The notes below the pieces were generated by a model. It saw only the letters and a program-made list of their open reading frames with translations. It did not search any database and was not told where the DNA came from. From the IMG/VR virus record IMGVR_UViG_3300036784_000085, positions 1 to 24,069 of that record: DNA of 24,069 nt. One strand, 5' to 3'. Each line of letters begins with the position of its first letter. Position 1 is the first letter of the stretch. The DNA comes from a virus. Taxonomy: Duplodnaviria > Caudoviricetes. The position numbers and the translations under genes were made by a program. This document shows positions 8,318 to 16,837 of the stretch, in pieces.

Positions 8318-8795
8318 CTTCCGCTCCGTTCGTATTCGTCTCCTGCACGTTGACGCGTATGTGGAGGGGGTTGAATGTTCTCTGTGCCCAACCGGAGATC
8401 CACGATGCGATGTTCTCGATCGTCGGATCGTTCTTGAAGGTAACCAGGCCTGGGTAGAATGCTTGGAGTGTCTCCTCCTTTTCTGCGCGTGACATCGTGA
8501 AGGCGTTGTCACCATGTACTACGCTTGCCCAATACTGAAACATTTTGAACAGCAATGGATCTTCTTCATTCATGAGGAGGTGGTGGTCGTACACGGTATC
8601 GATGTAGGCACGAAACTGCTTCTTGATCGTTCCGAAGTCGAGACCACCCATGATGCCGTTGTCGTCAACTGGACCCATCAGCCACAGTTGGATCTGTAGG
8701 CTGTGTCCGTGAATCTGCTGACACTTCCCCGGAAGCTGACTCAGGCGATGAGCTATCTCCGCGTTGTGCCTCACGTACAGCTTCACCTGCGTCAT
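8307..8795 (-). CDS. queD: 6-carboxy-5,6,7,8-tetrahydropterin synthase
   Basis: AHRL, CQQIHGHS, LDF, DHHLLMN, PTIENIA, VQET; GGAGG RBS before ATG 8795. Confidence 0.93.
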   Translation of the reverse strand: MTQVKLYVRHNAEIAHRLSQLPGKCQQIHGHSLQIQLWLMGPVDDNGIMGGLDFGTIKKQFRAYIDTVYDHHLLMNEEDPLLFKMFQYWASVVHGDNAFTMSRAEKEETLQAFYPGLVTFKNDPTIENIASWISGWAQRTFNPLHIRVNVQETNTNGAEVGF

Positions 8796-9024
8796 CGATT
8801 TCCTCCACTGCGATGCGTACGAGGTCGGACATGATGTCTTCTTCGCGAAGAAGTCTGAGATCGGATCGAATAAACTCTTCGGTAGTAATCTCGACCATGC
8901 CGCCAAGACGCTGAACGAGGATCGCGATCACACGCGTTGCGGACATGAGGTCACGTGCGAGTTCGCGACTCACCGCGTTGGCCTGCTTCATCGCGTCCGC
9001 AGGGTAGGAAAGTTCGTCAGGCAT
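8665..9024 (-). CDS. Hypothetical protein
   Basis: GGAG RBS before ATG 9024; fills the queC-queD gap; tail overlaps queD by 131 nt. Confidence 0.6.
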   Translation of the reverse strand: MPDELSYPADAMKQANAVSRELARDLMSATRVIAILVQRLGGMVEITTEEFIRSDLRLLREEDIMSDLVRIAVEEIDDAGEAVREAQRGDSSSPESASGEVSADSRTQPTDPTVADGSS

Positions 9025-9691
9025 TGACGTACTCCGTCGGGTCGATTCCATTCCCTGCATCACGAAGAGCCTCACGTCGTTCGACGCACGTGCCGCAAAC
9101 GCCACAGTGCTTCTCCCCACCCTTGTAGCAGCTCCAGGTCTTCGCCCACGGAACCTTGAGCTCGTTGCCGATGTTGGCGATCTGCGTCTTGGAGATCATC
9201 AACCATGGCGCCAGTATCTGGAAGTCGGGATGGATGAAACCTTCGTTGGCGATCTTGAGCGTCTGCTCCAGGTGGAAGATGAACTCAGGTCGACAGTCTG
9301 GGTAGATGGCATGGTCGCCAGCGTGGACACCCGTTGCAACTATGTCGGCCTTCGTTGTGACGGCCAACGCGGTCGCGATGGAGATCATCGTCATGTTCCT
9401 GTTCGGAACGACGGTTGCCTTCATCGACTCTGCGGTGTAGTGACCTTCCGGAACGTCGATACCACTGTCAGTTAGCGCAGAGTTGGCGAGCCGGCGGTAA
9501 TCCGCCAGATCGAATACGGTGTGCGGGATGCCCAACTCCATTGTGAGCTCCTGTGCGAACGTGAGTTCCTTGAAGTGCTTCTGTCCGTAGTCGAAGCTGA
9601 GTGCAACGCACCCGACGTGCTGCCTGTGTAGGTAGTACAGGAGGGTGGTTGAATCCATTCCACCGCTCAGAATTACAACTGCACTGCTCAC
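9017..9691 (-). CDS. queC: 7-cyano-7-deazaguanine (preQ0) synthase
   Basis: SGGMDS PP-loop, DYGQKH, VVPNRN, YPDCR, TWSCY, CGVCGTC. Confidence 0.97.
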   Translation of the reverse strand: MSSAVVILSGGMDSTTLLYYLHRQHVGCVALSFDYGQKHFKELTFAQELTMELGIPHTVFDLADYRRLANSALTDSGIDVPEGHYTAESMKATVVPNRNMTMISIATALAVTTKADIVATGVHAGDHAIYPDCRPEFIFHLEQTLKIANEGFIHPDFQILAPWLMISKTQIANIGNELKVPWAKTWSCYKGGEKHCGVCGTCVERREALRDAGNGIDPTEYVNA

Positions 9692-11850
9692 GAGAGTACT
9701 CCTGCTGCTGTGTAGGAAACGGGTTTCTTTCCGTGCTTGATGATCTCGCCGCGCATCTCGAGAGTATCGAATAGTGTATTCGCTTCTCGCGCATTGAGGT
9801 GGTAGGAACGCATTAGGGCCGAACGAGAGATCCCTGGCTGCGTCCTGATCGCTGTGAGGATCTGTTGCATACGAACTTCGTACGCTGTAGTGCCTAGTCC
9901 GTTCAGAACTTCATCGACGTACTCCTTCCACTCTTGTGTATACGCAACAGCGGCTAGGATGTGCTCAAACCCCACACGGATATGGTTAGCCTCGTCAGGA
10001 CTTTGAGAACTTGCCGCTATGAGTGTTGCGATCCGTAGTGCTGACTTGCAGAGTCGGTCGTACGTTGGGGTGAAGATGTCGCGTTGATCTTTCTTCAACG
10101 CTGCTTCCATCATGTCATGTTCAAGCTGGTTGTAACGTGCCCACGCTTCAGGTGTCAGCTTCGCTGCAGTTGATTCGGTTGGTCGCATCTGTAGGAATTT
10201 CTTGTTCCCTTGCACTACGAAGGTGTTGACCATCTCAGATGCGTAACGGGCACGAAGCTCTCGCATCTCGTCTAGGAGACGATTCCGCTCAGTCGTATCG
10301 ACTTCTGTCGGAGGTCCCATCGGTTGAATGCGATCTGCGTTACTTTCCGCAGTGATAAATATGAAGCGAGGAATAAAACCACTGCTGACATACTCATGAG
10401 TGAGTAGCGAACAAACACGGTTCTTGATGCCACCGGCAAAGAGTATGAGGGTAGGGTCCTTGATCTCGATGGTCTCTTTTCGGAGGACACGCTTCTGTAC
10501 CTTCCCGTCATACAGCTTAGTCAACGTTTCCGCCATGCCGGCGTAGTAGTCCTTCTTCACCATCTGTTCGAGAAGACCACTGAACTCGTCTCGAAGGAAG
10601 ATCGAAGGCTGTCCAGGTCGGACCGCGAGACCCCCGAGGAGGCCCTCAATTGATCCATCTGTTGCCAGAAGCGGCTCTGAATCAACTTCAGTAAGTAGAT
10701 CCATAGCGATGTCCATGGCGGTTGACTTCCGGGTGAGAGTCGTGTCAGCCAACAACATGAACCATACGTTGGGTTTGATCGTACCGAACGAAGTTGGTAG
10801 GTATACACGGCCAGCCAGTAGAGCTGAAAGGATGACAAAAGCTCCTGCCTGGTGGTACTGCGTTGCTGCATCTCCAAGAGATGATGCCCAAGCAATATAC
10901 CGGTCGACGAAAGTATCTTGCGCTCGAGCATTGTATTCCTCCTCTGTCATCAGTCGTGTGGGGTTTGGCTTAGAAGGGGACGCGAGCTTCGCATTTTCTT
11001 TGGTCTGGATGAAACCCCTACATACATCCTTCCACAAGAGCGTCTCTGGCTTACCGTCACGTACGTACTTATTGCAGGCAGCCTCTCTCGCAACGAGGAA
11101 GGTTTCCTCTCTGGTCAGCCCTGCTTCAAAGCACGACATGATCAGGTTCCAAAGCGCTCTGCTCCAGTCCTCTGTTGGAGGGTCGGAGAAGAGAATATTG
11201 ACCGTTGTCGACAGGACGTTGTCGTAACGCTCTAGGAGTTCAGCGGCGGTACTGTCAGGGAATGAATCGGGAAAAGGGACATCGTCCTTCTCGAGGTGGT
11301 AAAGTGTAGGATACCGATCAAAATCGGCAAGGTCATATGCTCCGGGTATCTCCCATTCGAGTTCAACCACCGGAGTACCTGAATATTTGTGATTCTTGGT
11401 TCCGGGTACCCTAAGTAGCTGCGTGAGATCCCAACCTGAAGTGTCGCAACCGTCATCGCGATGGGCGTACGCGATTCTCTTCGAGAGTCGCTCAGCTTCA
11501 AAGCCGTCCAGGGATTCACTCAGCCTCCAGTAAGCTTGGTAGCGTGCGGGAGAGCTCTTGACTACGACGTGCGGTCGAACCAGTAGCTTGCTGGGATCGC
11601 AGGAGTCAAGGTCTGCCCATGCAACTGCACAACGACTAATCGCATCTTTTGCGCGCTTCCTTCTGTCCAGCAGCTGGGCACAGAAGTACACCTCGTGGGT
11701 GTCGCTCATGCTCTGTGCGTACAAAGCTGCTTCCTCGACCTGGTCAGGGTACTTAAAGTATCGCTCGCTCATACCATCGTCGCGCTTAAGCAGCGAGATG
11801 CAGAGGTAGCCTGTCTCGGTACCAAAAAGAGAGCGAAAAAATCGTTCCAC
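9688..11850 (-). CDS. RepB-type (AEP) DNA primase fused to a DUF3987-like ATPase/helicase and a C-terminal winged helix
   Basis: WADLD, SSPARYQAYWRL, LLRVPGTKNHKY; divergent Walker A ADTTLTRKST, Walker B FLRDE, SGFIPRF. Confidence 0.85.
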   Translation of the reverse strand: MERFFRSLFGTETGYLCISLLKRDDGMSERYFKYPDQVEEAALYAQSMSDTHEVYFCAQLLDRRKRAKDAISRCAVAWADLDSCDPSKLLVRPHVVVKSSPARYQAYWRLSESLDGFEAERLSKRIAYAHRDDGCDTSGWDLTQLLRVPGTKNHKYSGTPVVELEWEIPGAYDLADFDRYPTLYHLEKDDVPFPDSFPDSTAAELLERYDNVLSTTVNILFSDPPTEDWSRALWNLIMSCFEAGLTREETFLVAREAACNKYVRDGKPETLLWKDVCRGFIQTKENAKLASPSKPNPTRLMTEEEYNARAQDTFVDRYIAWASSLGDAATQYHQAGAFVILSALLAGRVYLPTSFGTIKPNVWFMLLADTTLTRKSTAMDIAMDLLTEVDSEPLLATDGSIEGLLGGLAVRPGQPSIFLRDEFSGLLEQMVKKDYYAGMAETLTKLYDGKVQKRVLRKETIEIKDPTLILFAGGIKNRVCSLLTHEYVSSGFIPRFIFITAESNADRIQPMGPPTEVDTTERNRLLDEMRELRARYASEMVNTFVVQGNKKFLQMRPTESTAAKLTPEAWARYNQLEHDMMEAALKKDQRDIFTPTYDRLCKSALRIATLIAASSQSPDEANHIRVGFEHILAAVAYTQEWKEYVDEVLNGLGTTAYEVRMQQILTAIRTQPGISRSALMRSYHLNAREANTLFDTLEMRGEIIKHGKKPVSYTAAGVLS
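9966..9978 (-). repeat. 13-bp motif copy 2 (in primase gene)
   Basis: CAAACCCCACACG on + strand, exact. Confidence 0.9.
10955..10967 (+). repeat. 13-bp motif copy 3 (primase interdomain linker)
   Basis: Exact match. Confidence 0.9.
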
Positions 11851-11852
11851 TA

Positions 11853-12110
11853 CACCCCTTTGGTTTAGTAGTGCAGGTGGCCAGTCCGGAGCATACTAGC
11901 AGCCCTCGCTTGTCACAAACCGGCCCTTCTCGGCTGCTCGACCTGCATTTTAGGGGTGGGCGGGGAGTGGGTCCAGTCGCTCTCTGCTGTGAAACCCACA
12001 ACCGGATTCATGTACTATCCGGACTCGATGGTCTTAGCCACCAGGAGTAGATAGTTCAACTCCGTCTGTACTGCTCCCTCTTACCTGCGACTTGACCCTG
12101 TAGGTTCAGC
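11853..12110 (-). promoter_or_regulatory. Structured non-coding leader of the primase gene
   Basis: Nested inverted repeats 11853-59/11952-58, 11872-78/11941-47, 11898-904/11932-38, plus further hairpins. Confidence 0.55.
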
Positions 12111-12464
12111 TCAGGCCGATGGCTGCTGCGGCACCTGACCACCCGGCTGGGTGATCGTCGGCTGTGCCGGAGGAGTTGCCTGCGGGAGCGTCGACGGATC
12201 GGCGCCACCACCGGTCTGGACCTGCTGCTGCGGTGTACTCGTGAGATTCTGCGTGTCGCTGGCGACCGTGCCGGCGTCCTTCTGCAGATCGCTCACGACC
12301 GTGTTGGCAACGTCGGTGGCCTGCTGCTTGACATCACCGACGATGTTGGCTAGGTCCTGCTTGGCCGTCTCGACCGCCTTGCCGCCCGCGACGTCCTCGA
12401 ACAGCTTGTGCGCCTCGCTGACGAGTCGATCGAGGAGGCTGTGGAACTCCTGTGCGAAATTCAT
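12111..12464 (-). CDS. Hypothetical protein, amphipathic helical N-terminus and Pro/Gln-rich tail
   Basis: GAAAGGG RBS before ATG 12464; strongly GC3-biased codons. Confidence 0.75.
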   Translation of the reverse strand: MNFAQEFHSLLDRLVSEAHKLFEDVAGGKAVETAKQDLANIVGDVKQQATDVANTVVSDLQKDAGTVASDTQNLTSTPQQQVQTGGGADPSTLPQATPPAQPTITQPGGQVPQQPSA

Positions 12465-12488
12465 CGTTTCCCTTTCAGTTCTCACCCA

Positions 12489-12992
12489 TCAGGGGAGCAG
12501 TGAGGCTTCTCCGGACTGAGGCGACTTGCCTGTGTACTCGGAGAAGCGCTTGACCTCGTTGCGTTCGTCGTACTGGTCGGTCTCGGGCTTGACGATGACC
12601 TTCACGTTCACGTCGCGGCCGATGAGGTCCTGACCCTTCGGGACCTTGAACTCGCCGGCGTCCACGTTGTAGCCGAGCGCTGCCATCAGCGAGCTCAGAC
12701 TGTACAGTGCACCGCTGAACAGCATGATGTTGGTCCAGACCATCGCGTTCTCGTGCGGTCCGTCCTGCACCGTGAGCTCCAGCCACCAGTACGGCTTGCC
12801 GGGGTTCTTCGATTCCGGACCGCAGAACTTCACTTCGAGGTCGGTGATCTTGCAGTGGTACTCGCCGCGAGGGATCGGCTTTCGACCTTCCTTGGCCGAC
12901 GCCTCCTTCTCGGAGAAGTTGACGCGGAGGTCGCCGAGTTCGTCGACTTCATTGCTGAAGTCGTCGGGCATTGCATCTTCGTAATCAGGCAT
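12489..12992 (-). CDS. DUF669-like single-stranded DNA-binding protein
   Basis: PIPRGEYHCKITD..KNPGKPY...ELTV.DG...DLIGR.V.VKV...NEVKRF; directly after the AAA ATPase. Confidence 0.75.
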   Translation of the reverse strand: MPDYEDAMPDDFSNEVDELGDLRVNFSEKEASAKEGRKPIPRGEYHCKITDLEVKFCGPESKNPGKPYWWLELTVQDGPHENAMVWTNIMLFSGALYSLSSLMAALGYNVDAGEFKVPKGQDLIGRDVNVKVIVKPETDQYDERNEVKRFSEYTGKSPQSGEASLLP

Positions 12993-13749
12993 TTGTTTTG
13001 TCCTTGTTGATGATTGAGAAGAGTGTGGACATTGTGGGTTCAGGCACGACCATGGGTAGTTTTCCAGTTCGGTCCTTCGCGACGAACTGGTCTGTCGACC
13101 CGGTCAGGAGCATCCGGGTTTGTTTGCTGTCGACCTCCTTCACGTACATGTAGCATACGATATCCAGGAAAGCAGTGATCTCCCGTGCCAGCTTGCCTGA
13201 CAGGCCAGGCATCTTGGTAGTGGCACCTGTCTTCTGATCCTTGTCTTGTTGGGCGAGACAGGTGAACATCGTATGCATCGGTAGGTCCCGAAACAGGCGG
13301 ATGTACTTCCGCATCTGCTCGAGGTTCTTGCCCCACTCTCGCATCCCGGGAATGTCGGGATCGAGATCAGGTCGCGACTTGACCAGTTCGTACATGACGT
13401 TGGTCATGTTGAACTTCTGCATCTCAGAGACCGAGTCGACCACGACGGTGGTGTAACCGTGACTCGCTCCCTTGAGCTCCTCGTAGACCGTTGCGATCTG
13501 CTTGAAGTTCGTCACACGAACGGTATCGATGTTGGGGTAGAGGTCGCGAATGGAGAGCGTACCTCCCTCAACGTCGACGAATAGGATCTTCCGGAGCTCG
13601 GGGACCTCGTCAGCACTCCCGAGCAGGCGCGTCTTCCCGACTCCCGATTCTCCGTACACCATGAAGTTCAGCCAGCTCGCTGCCTCCTTCGCCTTCACTA
13701 GCGGGATGCCCGCAAACATCTTCGCTGGCGTTAGTGTCAGATCCGCCAT
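12985..13749 (-). CDS. AAA_24 / Sak4-like ATPase (recombinase)
   Basis: YGESGVGKT Walker A, FVDVEGG, VVVDSVSE Walker B, AKDRTGKLP. Confidence 0.88.
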   Translation of the reverse strand: MADLTLTPAKMFAGIPLVKAKEAASWLNFMVYGESGVGKTRLLGSADEVPELRKILFVDVEGGTLSIRDLYPNIDTVRVTNFKQIATVYEELKGASHGYTTVVVDSVSEMQKFNMTNVMYELVKSRPDLDPDIPGMREWGKNLEQMRKYIRLFRDLPMHTMFTCLAQQDKDQKTGATTKMPGLSGKLAREITAFLDIVCYMYVKEVDSKQTRMLLTGSTDQFVAKDRTGKLPMVVPEPTMSTLFSIINKDKTNA

Positions 13750-13879
13750 ATTTCTCGAACCTCTCCTGGTGACTGTCCTCTTCTTTAAGTCTGATTATGT
13801 CGAGTCCGACGATGTCGAAGCACTGCACATACTTCTTGGCCAAACAACGAGGACAGCGCACTGGAGTAGGATCTGTCAC
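13610..13879 (-). CDS. Small zinc-finger protein (CPRC..C..H)
   Basis: GTGA-coupled start with GGAG RBS; CxxC-x7-C-x16-H..R pattern; tail overlaps the ATPase by 140 nt. Confidence 0.55.
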   Translation of the reverse strand: MTDPTPVRCPRCLAKKYVQCFDIVGLDIIRLKEEDSHQERFEKYGGSDTNASEDVCGHPASEGEGGSELAELHGVRRIGSREDAPAREC

Positions 13880-13956
13880 CGGTTTCTCCAGTACCACGAG
13901 TTCGCGGTCCACAAGGCTACGATCACGCTACCCATGACTAGGTAGTAGTCGATCAT
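13876..13956 (-). CDS. Micro-ORF, 26-aa hydrophobic peptide MIDYYLVMGSVIVALWTANSWYWRNR
   Basis: ATGA/GTGA coupled at both ends; GGGAG RBS. Confidence 0.6.
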   Translation of the reverse strand: MIDYYLVMGSVIVALWTANSWYWRNR

Positions 13957-14036
13957 CGCGGGTCACCACTCCCGCCCCACCAGGTGTCGTCACCGAAGTC
14001 ATCGCGCCAGCGATCGTCATCAGTAGGATCTGTCAT
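13953..14036 (-). CDS. Micro-ORF, 27-aa acidic Trp-containing peptide MTDPTDDDRWRDDFGDDTWWGGSGDPR
   Basis: ATGA coupled at both ends. Confidence 0.55.
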   Translation of the reverse strand: MTDPTDDDRWRDDFGDDTWWGGSGDPR

Positions 14037-15310
14037 CCGATCGACTTCCGATCCGTGCTCAGTGGTTCCTTCTCCCAGTAGTGGTACTCACGCTTGTCGA
14101 ACAGCGTTGCCAACGTGTACGCGACGTCTCCTGCGGAATTGGTCTCCAAGCACGGCTGCCTGAAGGCACAGTTCTTGCAGTTGAAGCGACCGGGGTTGGG
14201 GTAGATCAGAAGATGCGGACTCGTCATGTCGCAAGCTTCTTTCCAGATGTCGCTGCCGACCTGGTCGAGCTGTGCTGCATTCCGATAGACCGGGAACCTG
14301 TGGAAGAAGTGCTCGTCACGTTCACGAAGGTAGTCGATGAACTCCTTGTACAGGCCCTCTGCGTAAGCCTGCGGATCGAGCTCCTTGACGGTACGCTCGT
14401 ACACTTCTACGGTAGTATCCTGCTGCTTGTTGACGCTGAACATACGTCCGAGTCGAGGTCGAGCGTTGGGCTCTGGCTCCATGGGAGTCGCCTTCTTCAA
14501 CTCGTGGTAGAGGAAGCCAGCGATCCGGTAGCCGAGAAGACGGAGTGCCCAGCAGTAGCGACTGATTTGATCGTCCAGAAGCATGAACTCTTCCTGGTCG
14601 ACCGAGAGGATAGTCGCTGTCTTCCAGTCGACGATCCAGACCCTGCCGTCTGGACCTTCCATGATACAGTCGATGCGACCACCGTAGGTGACCGGTAGCC
14701 CTTTCCATTGACTGCGAGGTTGGTGATCGTAGTCTTGTCCTACGTGGAACCTGACGAAACGATCCCAGCAGTTATCACACGTACACCAGAGAATGTCTGA
14801 GGGGTGCTTCTCGCTCAGGATCGCAGTGTACGATTCGCGCGACTGTTCGGTCTCGTAGTTGATGATCGGGACTTCGAAGGCAACCTCGACTAGTAGTGGT
14901 CGCATGCCTGCATCGATATCCTTGCGTCGACCGTTCTGGACGCAGTACTCGATCATGCGCTTGCCGAGATCGATACGTTCGAGGTAGTCTTCTCGTACTA
15001 CCGGATCCGCCGTACCGAAGGCCTCTTCGTACTTGTGGAACTGCTCCTGGCAAACCTTGACGAAAGCCACCTGTGCAATTGCAATAACAACTTTTTCCTC
15101 CTTGCTCCACAACATCGGGTCGTAGAGGATTTCCATTGCCTTGTGGAAGGCGACACCGAACTCGAGTGGCTTCGCTGTGACCTTCGGGTAGTAGAGTTCG
15201 TTCGTGAGCCAGTTCCAGCGGCGACGACACCCTCGGAACGACTTGGACCCCGAGGTGTGTATCGAGTGCGTTAGTTTCGCCTCGATGTAGTCGTTGACTG
15301 TAGCTAGCAC
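14033..15310 (-). CDS. Cas4-like PD-(D/E)XK exonuclease
   Basis: N-terminal C, GVAFHKAME, GRID, IVDWKT, QISRY, CKNCAFRQPC; AAGGAGG RBS favours GTG 15310. Confidence 0.88.
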   Translation of the reverse strand: MLATVNDYIEAKLTHSIHTSGSKSFRGCRRRWNWLTNELYYPKVTAKPLEFGVAFHKAMEILYDPMLWSKEEKVVIAIAQVAFVKVCQEQFHKYEEAFGTADPVVREDYLERIDLGKRMIEYCVQNGRRKDIDAGMRPLLVEVAFEVPIINYETEQSRESYTAILSEKHPSDILWCTCDNCWDRFVRFHVGQDYDHQPRSQWKGLPVTYGGRIDCIMEGPDGRVWIVDWKTATILSVDQEEFMLLDDQISRYCWALRLLGYRIAGFLYHELKKATPMEPEPNARPRLGRMFSVNKQQDTTVEVYERTVKELDPQAYAEGLYKEFIDYLRERDEHFFHRFPVYRNAAQLDQVGSDIWKEACDMTSPHLLIYPNPGRFNCKNCAFRQPCLETNSAGDVAYTLATLFDKREYHYWEKEPLSTDRKSIG

Positions 15311-15329
15311 GAGCACCTCCTTCTATATA

Positions 15330-15358
15330 AGTATATATGATTCAATCTAGAAACTCAA
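15330..15358 (-). promoter_or_regulatory. SigA/sigma70-type promoter TTGAGT-17-TATACT
   Basis: Near-consensus hexamers in an AT-rich gap directly before the exonuclease RBS. Confidence 0.7.
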
Positions 15359-15819
15359 GTGGAACTTTTTTGCTCCGGAGGAAAGAGGTCGTCGATCGTC
15401 GCATCGAAAATCTGTCCCTGAAGCGAGCGATATCCGATGCCCTCCTCGTAACGCATCCGAGCGACGGCGTCTTCCAGCTTGGGGATGTTCATCTTCTTGT
15501 CGTACTTCTTCTGCAACTTGCGGAGTTTGATGATGAGCGGACGCTCTTCGAACCACTCGTCGAGATCCTGCTCCAGGAGTCGCTCCGCGATGTTGTCGAG
15601 GGCATCCTGCGCCATCTCGCCACCGTCGTGAGTCCCTGCAACATGTGCCCAGTACAGGTCGGTTGCATTCTTCAGCATCCGCTTCTTCCGTTCCAGGAAG
15701 CGGATGAGATTGGCGATGTGTCCTGGCGCCATATCCTTCAGCTTGACCGGCTTGGTCGCACCGTATGGAAGCCAGACTTCATCCTGTTCCAGGATGCTGA
15801 TCTTGATCGTTGTGTTCAC
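15355..15819 (-). CDS. Hypothetical protein (154 aa)
   Basis: GTGA-coupled start at 15819; LKDM...H..NLI.FL motif typical of small phage proteins. Confidence 0.7.
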   Translation of the reverse strand: MNTTIKISILEQDEVWLPYGATKPVKLKDMAPGHIANLIRFLERKKRMLKNATDLYWAHVAGTHDGGEMAQDALDNIAERLLEQDLDEWFEERPLIIKLRKLQKKYDKKMNIPKLEDAVARMRYEEGIGYRSLQGQIFDATIDDLFPPEQKSST

Positions 15820-15929
15820 TTGAAGAAGTCCTTGATCACTCGCCGGGTACGACCGGCGCCTCGTATGTAGCCGCGCCAGTAACCGAGGCCGAAAATGATC
15901 AGGCCTGCGATGAGGTATTGGTCTTGCAT
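15816..15929 (-). CDS. Small single-pass membrane protein (37 aa) MQDQYLIAGLIIFGLGYWRGYIRG...
   Basis: AAGGAGAGG RBS; hydrophobic segment then basic tail; stop coupled to the next start; absent from the ORF track. Confidence 0.65.
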   Translation of the reverse strand: MQDQYLIAGLIIFGLGYWRGYIRGAGRTRRVIKDFFK

Positions 15930-16240
15930 TCCCTCTCCTTGATCCTTCGTAGCTGCTTGTTGGTGCGCGCCTCTTCCAGCACGTCGCCGTAGATACCACG
16001 GTGAATGAGGTGCGAATAGCAGAATATACCGTCGTCAACCCACGACTTCTTGAGCGCCTTGAATTCCCAGTAGGCAGGGTTCTTGCAGCGATACTTGTCG
16101 CTGATCGAAGGGTCGTAGTTCTTCATGTCGGAGTAGATCGCCTTCAGCGGTCGACCTGCTCTGTGTGCGTCACACTGTCGGGGTGCCTTGAGGTGCTTCA
16201 CCCAAGGGATCTTCTCCACCAGCTCCGTGTTTTTCGACAT
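15899..16240 (-). CDS. Hypothetical protein, possible metal-binding (C..C..CxxH)
   Basis: AAGGAG RBS before ATG 16240. Confidence 0.7.
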   Translation of the reverse strand: MSKNTELVEKIPWVKHLKAPRQCDAHRAGRPLKAIYSDMKNYDPSISDKYRCKNPAYWEFKALKKSWVDDGIFCYSHLIHRGIYGDVLEEARTNKQLRRIKERECKTNTSSQA

Positions 16241-16589
16241 AGCCTGGGTGCTCCTTGTGTCCTGGTCCTCTGTTCTCTGGTGCCTCTTCTGAGATGGGTA
16301 GTAGGTTCGTTCCGAGCGCTGCGTACCACGTATCGCCGTGTGCCCATTGCCTACTGGGCTTCTTGCACTGCGAGCACACCCACCAGCCGAACTTCTTCCC
16401 GCGAGTCCACCCGCGATGCTTGATTGCAGTGCACTGGCAGAATTGCGTCGGCTTCTTGAACACCGCACGGAGGGTCGCCCACACCTCAGCTGATTCATAG
16501 TCGACGTACTCGCTGCCCAGAAAGTTCTTCTGGAGGAACTCGTCTGCCTTCTTGTCGTCGTCGAACGCGAGCAGTACGTACTTGGCCAT
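16170..16589 (-). CDS. Hypothetical zinc-ribbon protein (CQC..CSQC)
   Basis: TAATG coupling with the upstream stop; GGGAG RBS. Confidence 0.7.
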   Translation of the reverse strand: MAKYVLLAFDDDKKADEFLQKNFLGSEYVDYESAEVWATLRAVFKKPTQFCQCTAIKHRGWTRGKKFGWWVCSQCKKPSRQWAHGDTWYAALGTNLLPISEEAPENRGPGHKEHPGYVEKHGAGGEDPLGEAPQGTPTV

Positions 16590-16837
16590 TAGCGATGCCA
16601 CTCCCTGAATGCTGCAGTGATCTTCATCGCCTCGGGCATGTCGCTGTCGCCTGGCCAGAACTCGTCCAGCCACGCTACGTAATCCTTCTCGAACCAGTGC
16701 TCCACGGCTTCCTGGAGACGAGGCGCACTGTACGGCATGCCTGTCGGAGGCTTCGGTATGGGGAACGTCAAGCTCGCGACATCGACTTCGATGTCGAACT
16801 CAAGCTTGACTCGGACGATTCCTTTCAAGGATCTCAC
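16589..16837 (-). CDS. Hypothetical protein (82 aa)
   Basis: Fits the coupled gene series; exact start uncertain. Confidence 0.6.
   Translation of the reverse strand: MRSLKGIVRVKLEFDIEVDVASLTFPIPKPPTGMPYSAPRLQEAVEHWFEKDYVAWLDEFWPGDSDMPEAMKITAAFREWHR

Noticed and set aside
10700-10750. Glycine-less Walker A (ADTTLTRKST) as inactivation of the primase-helicase
   Set aside because: RKST, Walker B and the downstream SGF..RF motif are intact; divergence is plausible family variation
11853-12110. Known preQ1 riboswitch in the leader upstream of the que genes
   Set aside because: No preQ1-I AGAGGUUCUAG/A-rich tail signature seen; kept only as an unclassified structured leader
14033-15310. Cas4-like gene as evidence of a CRISPR system
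   Set aside because: No repeat-spacer array or other cas genes; the exonuclease-Sak4-SSB trio is a standard phage recombination module
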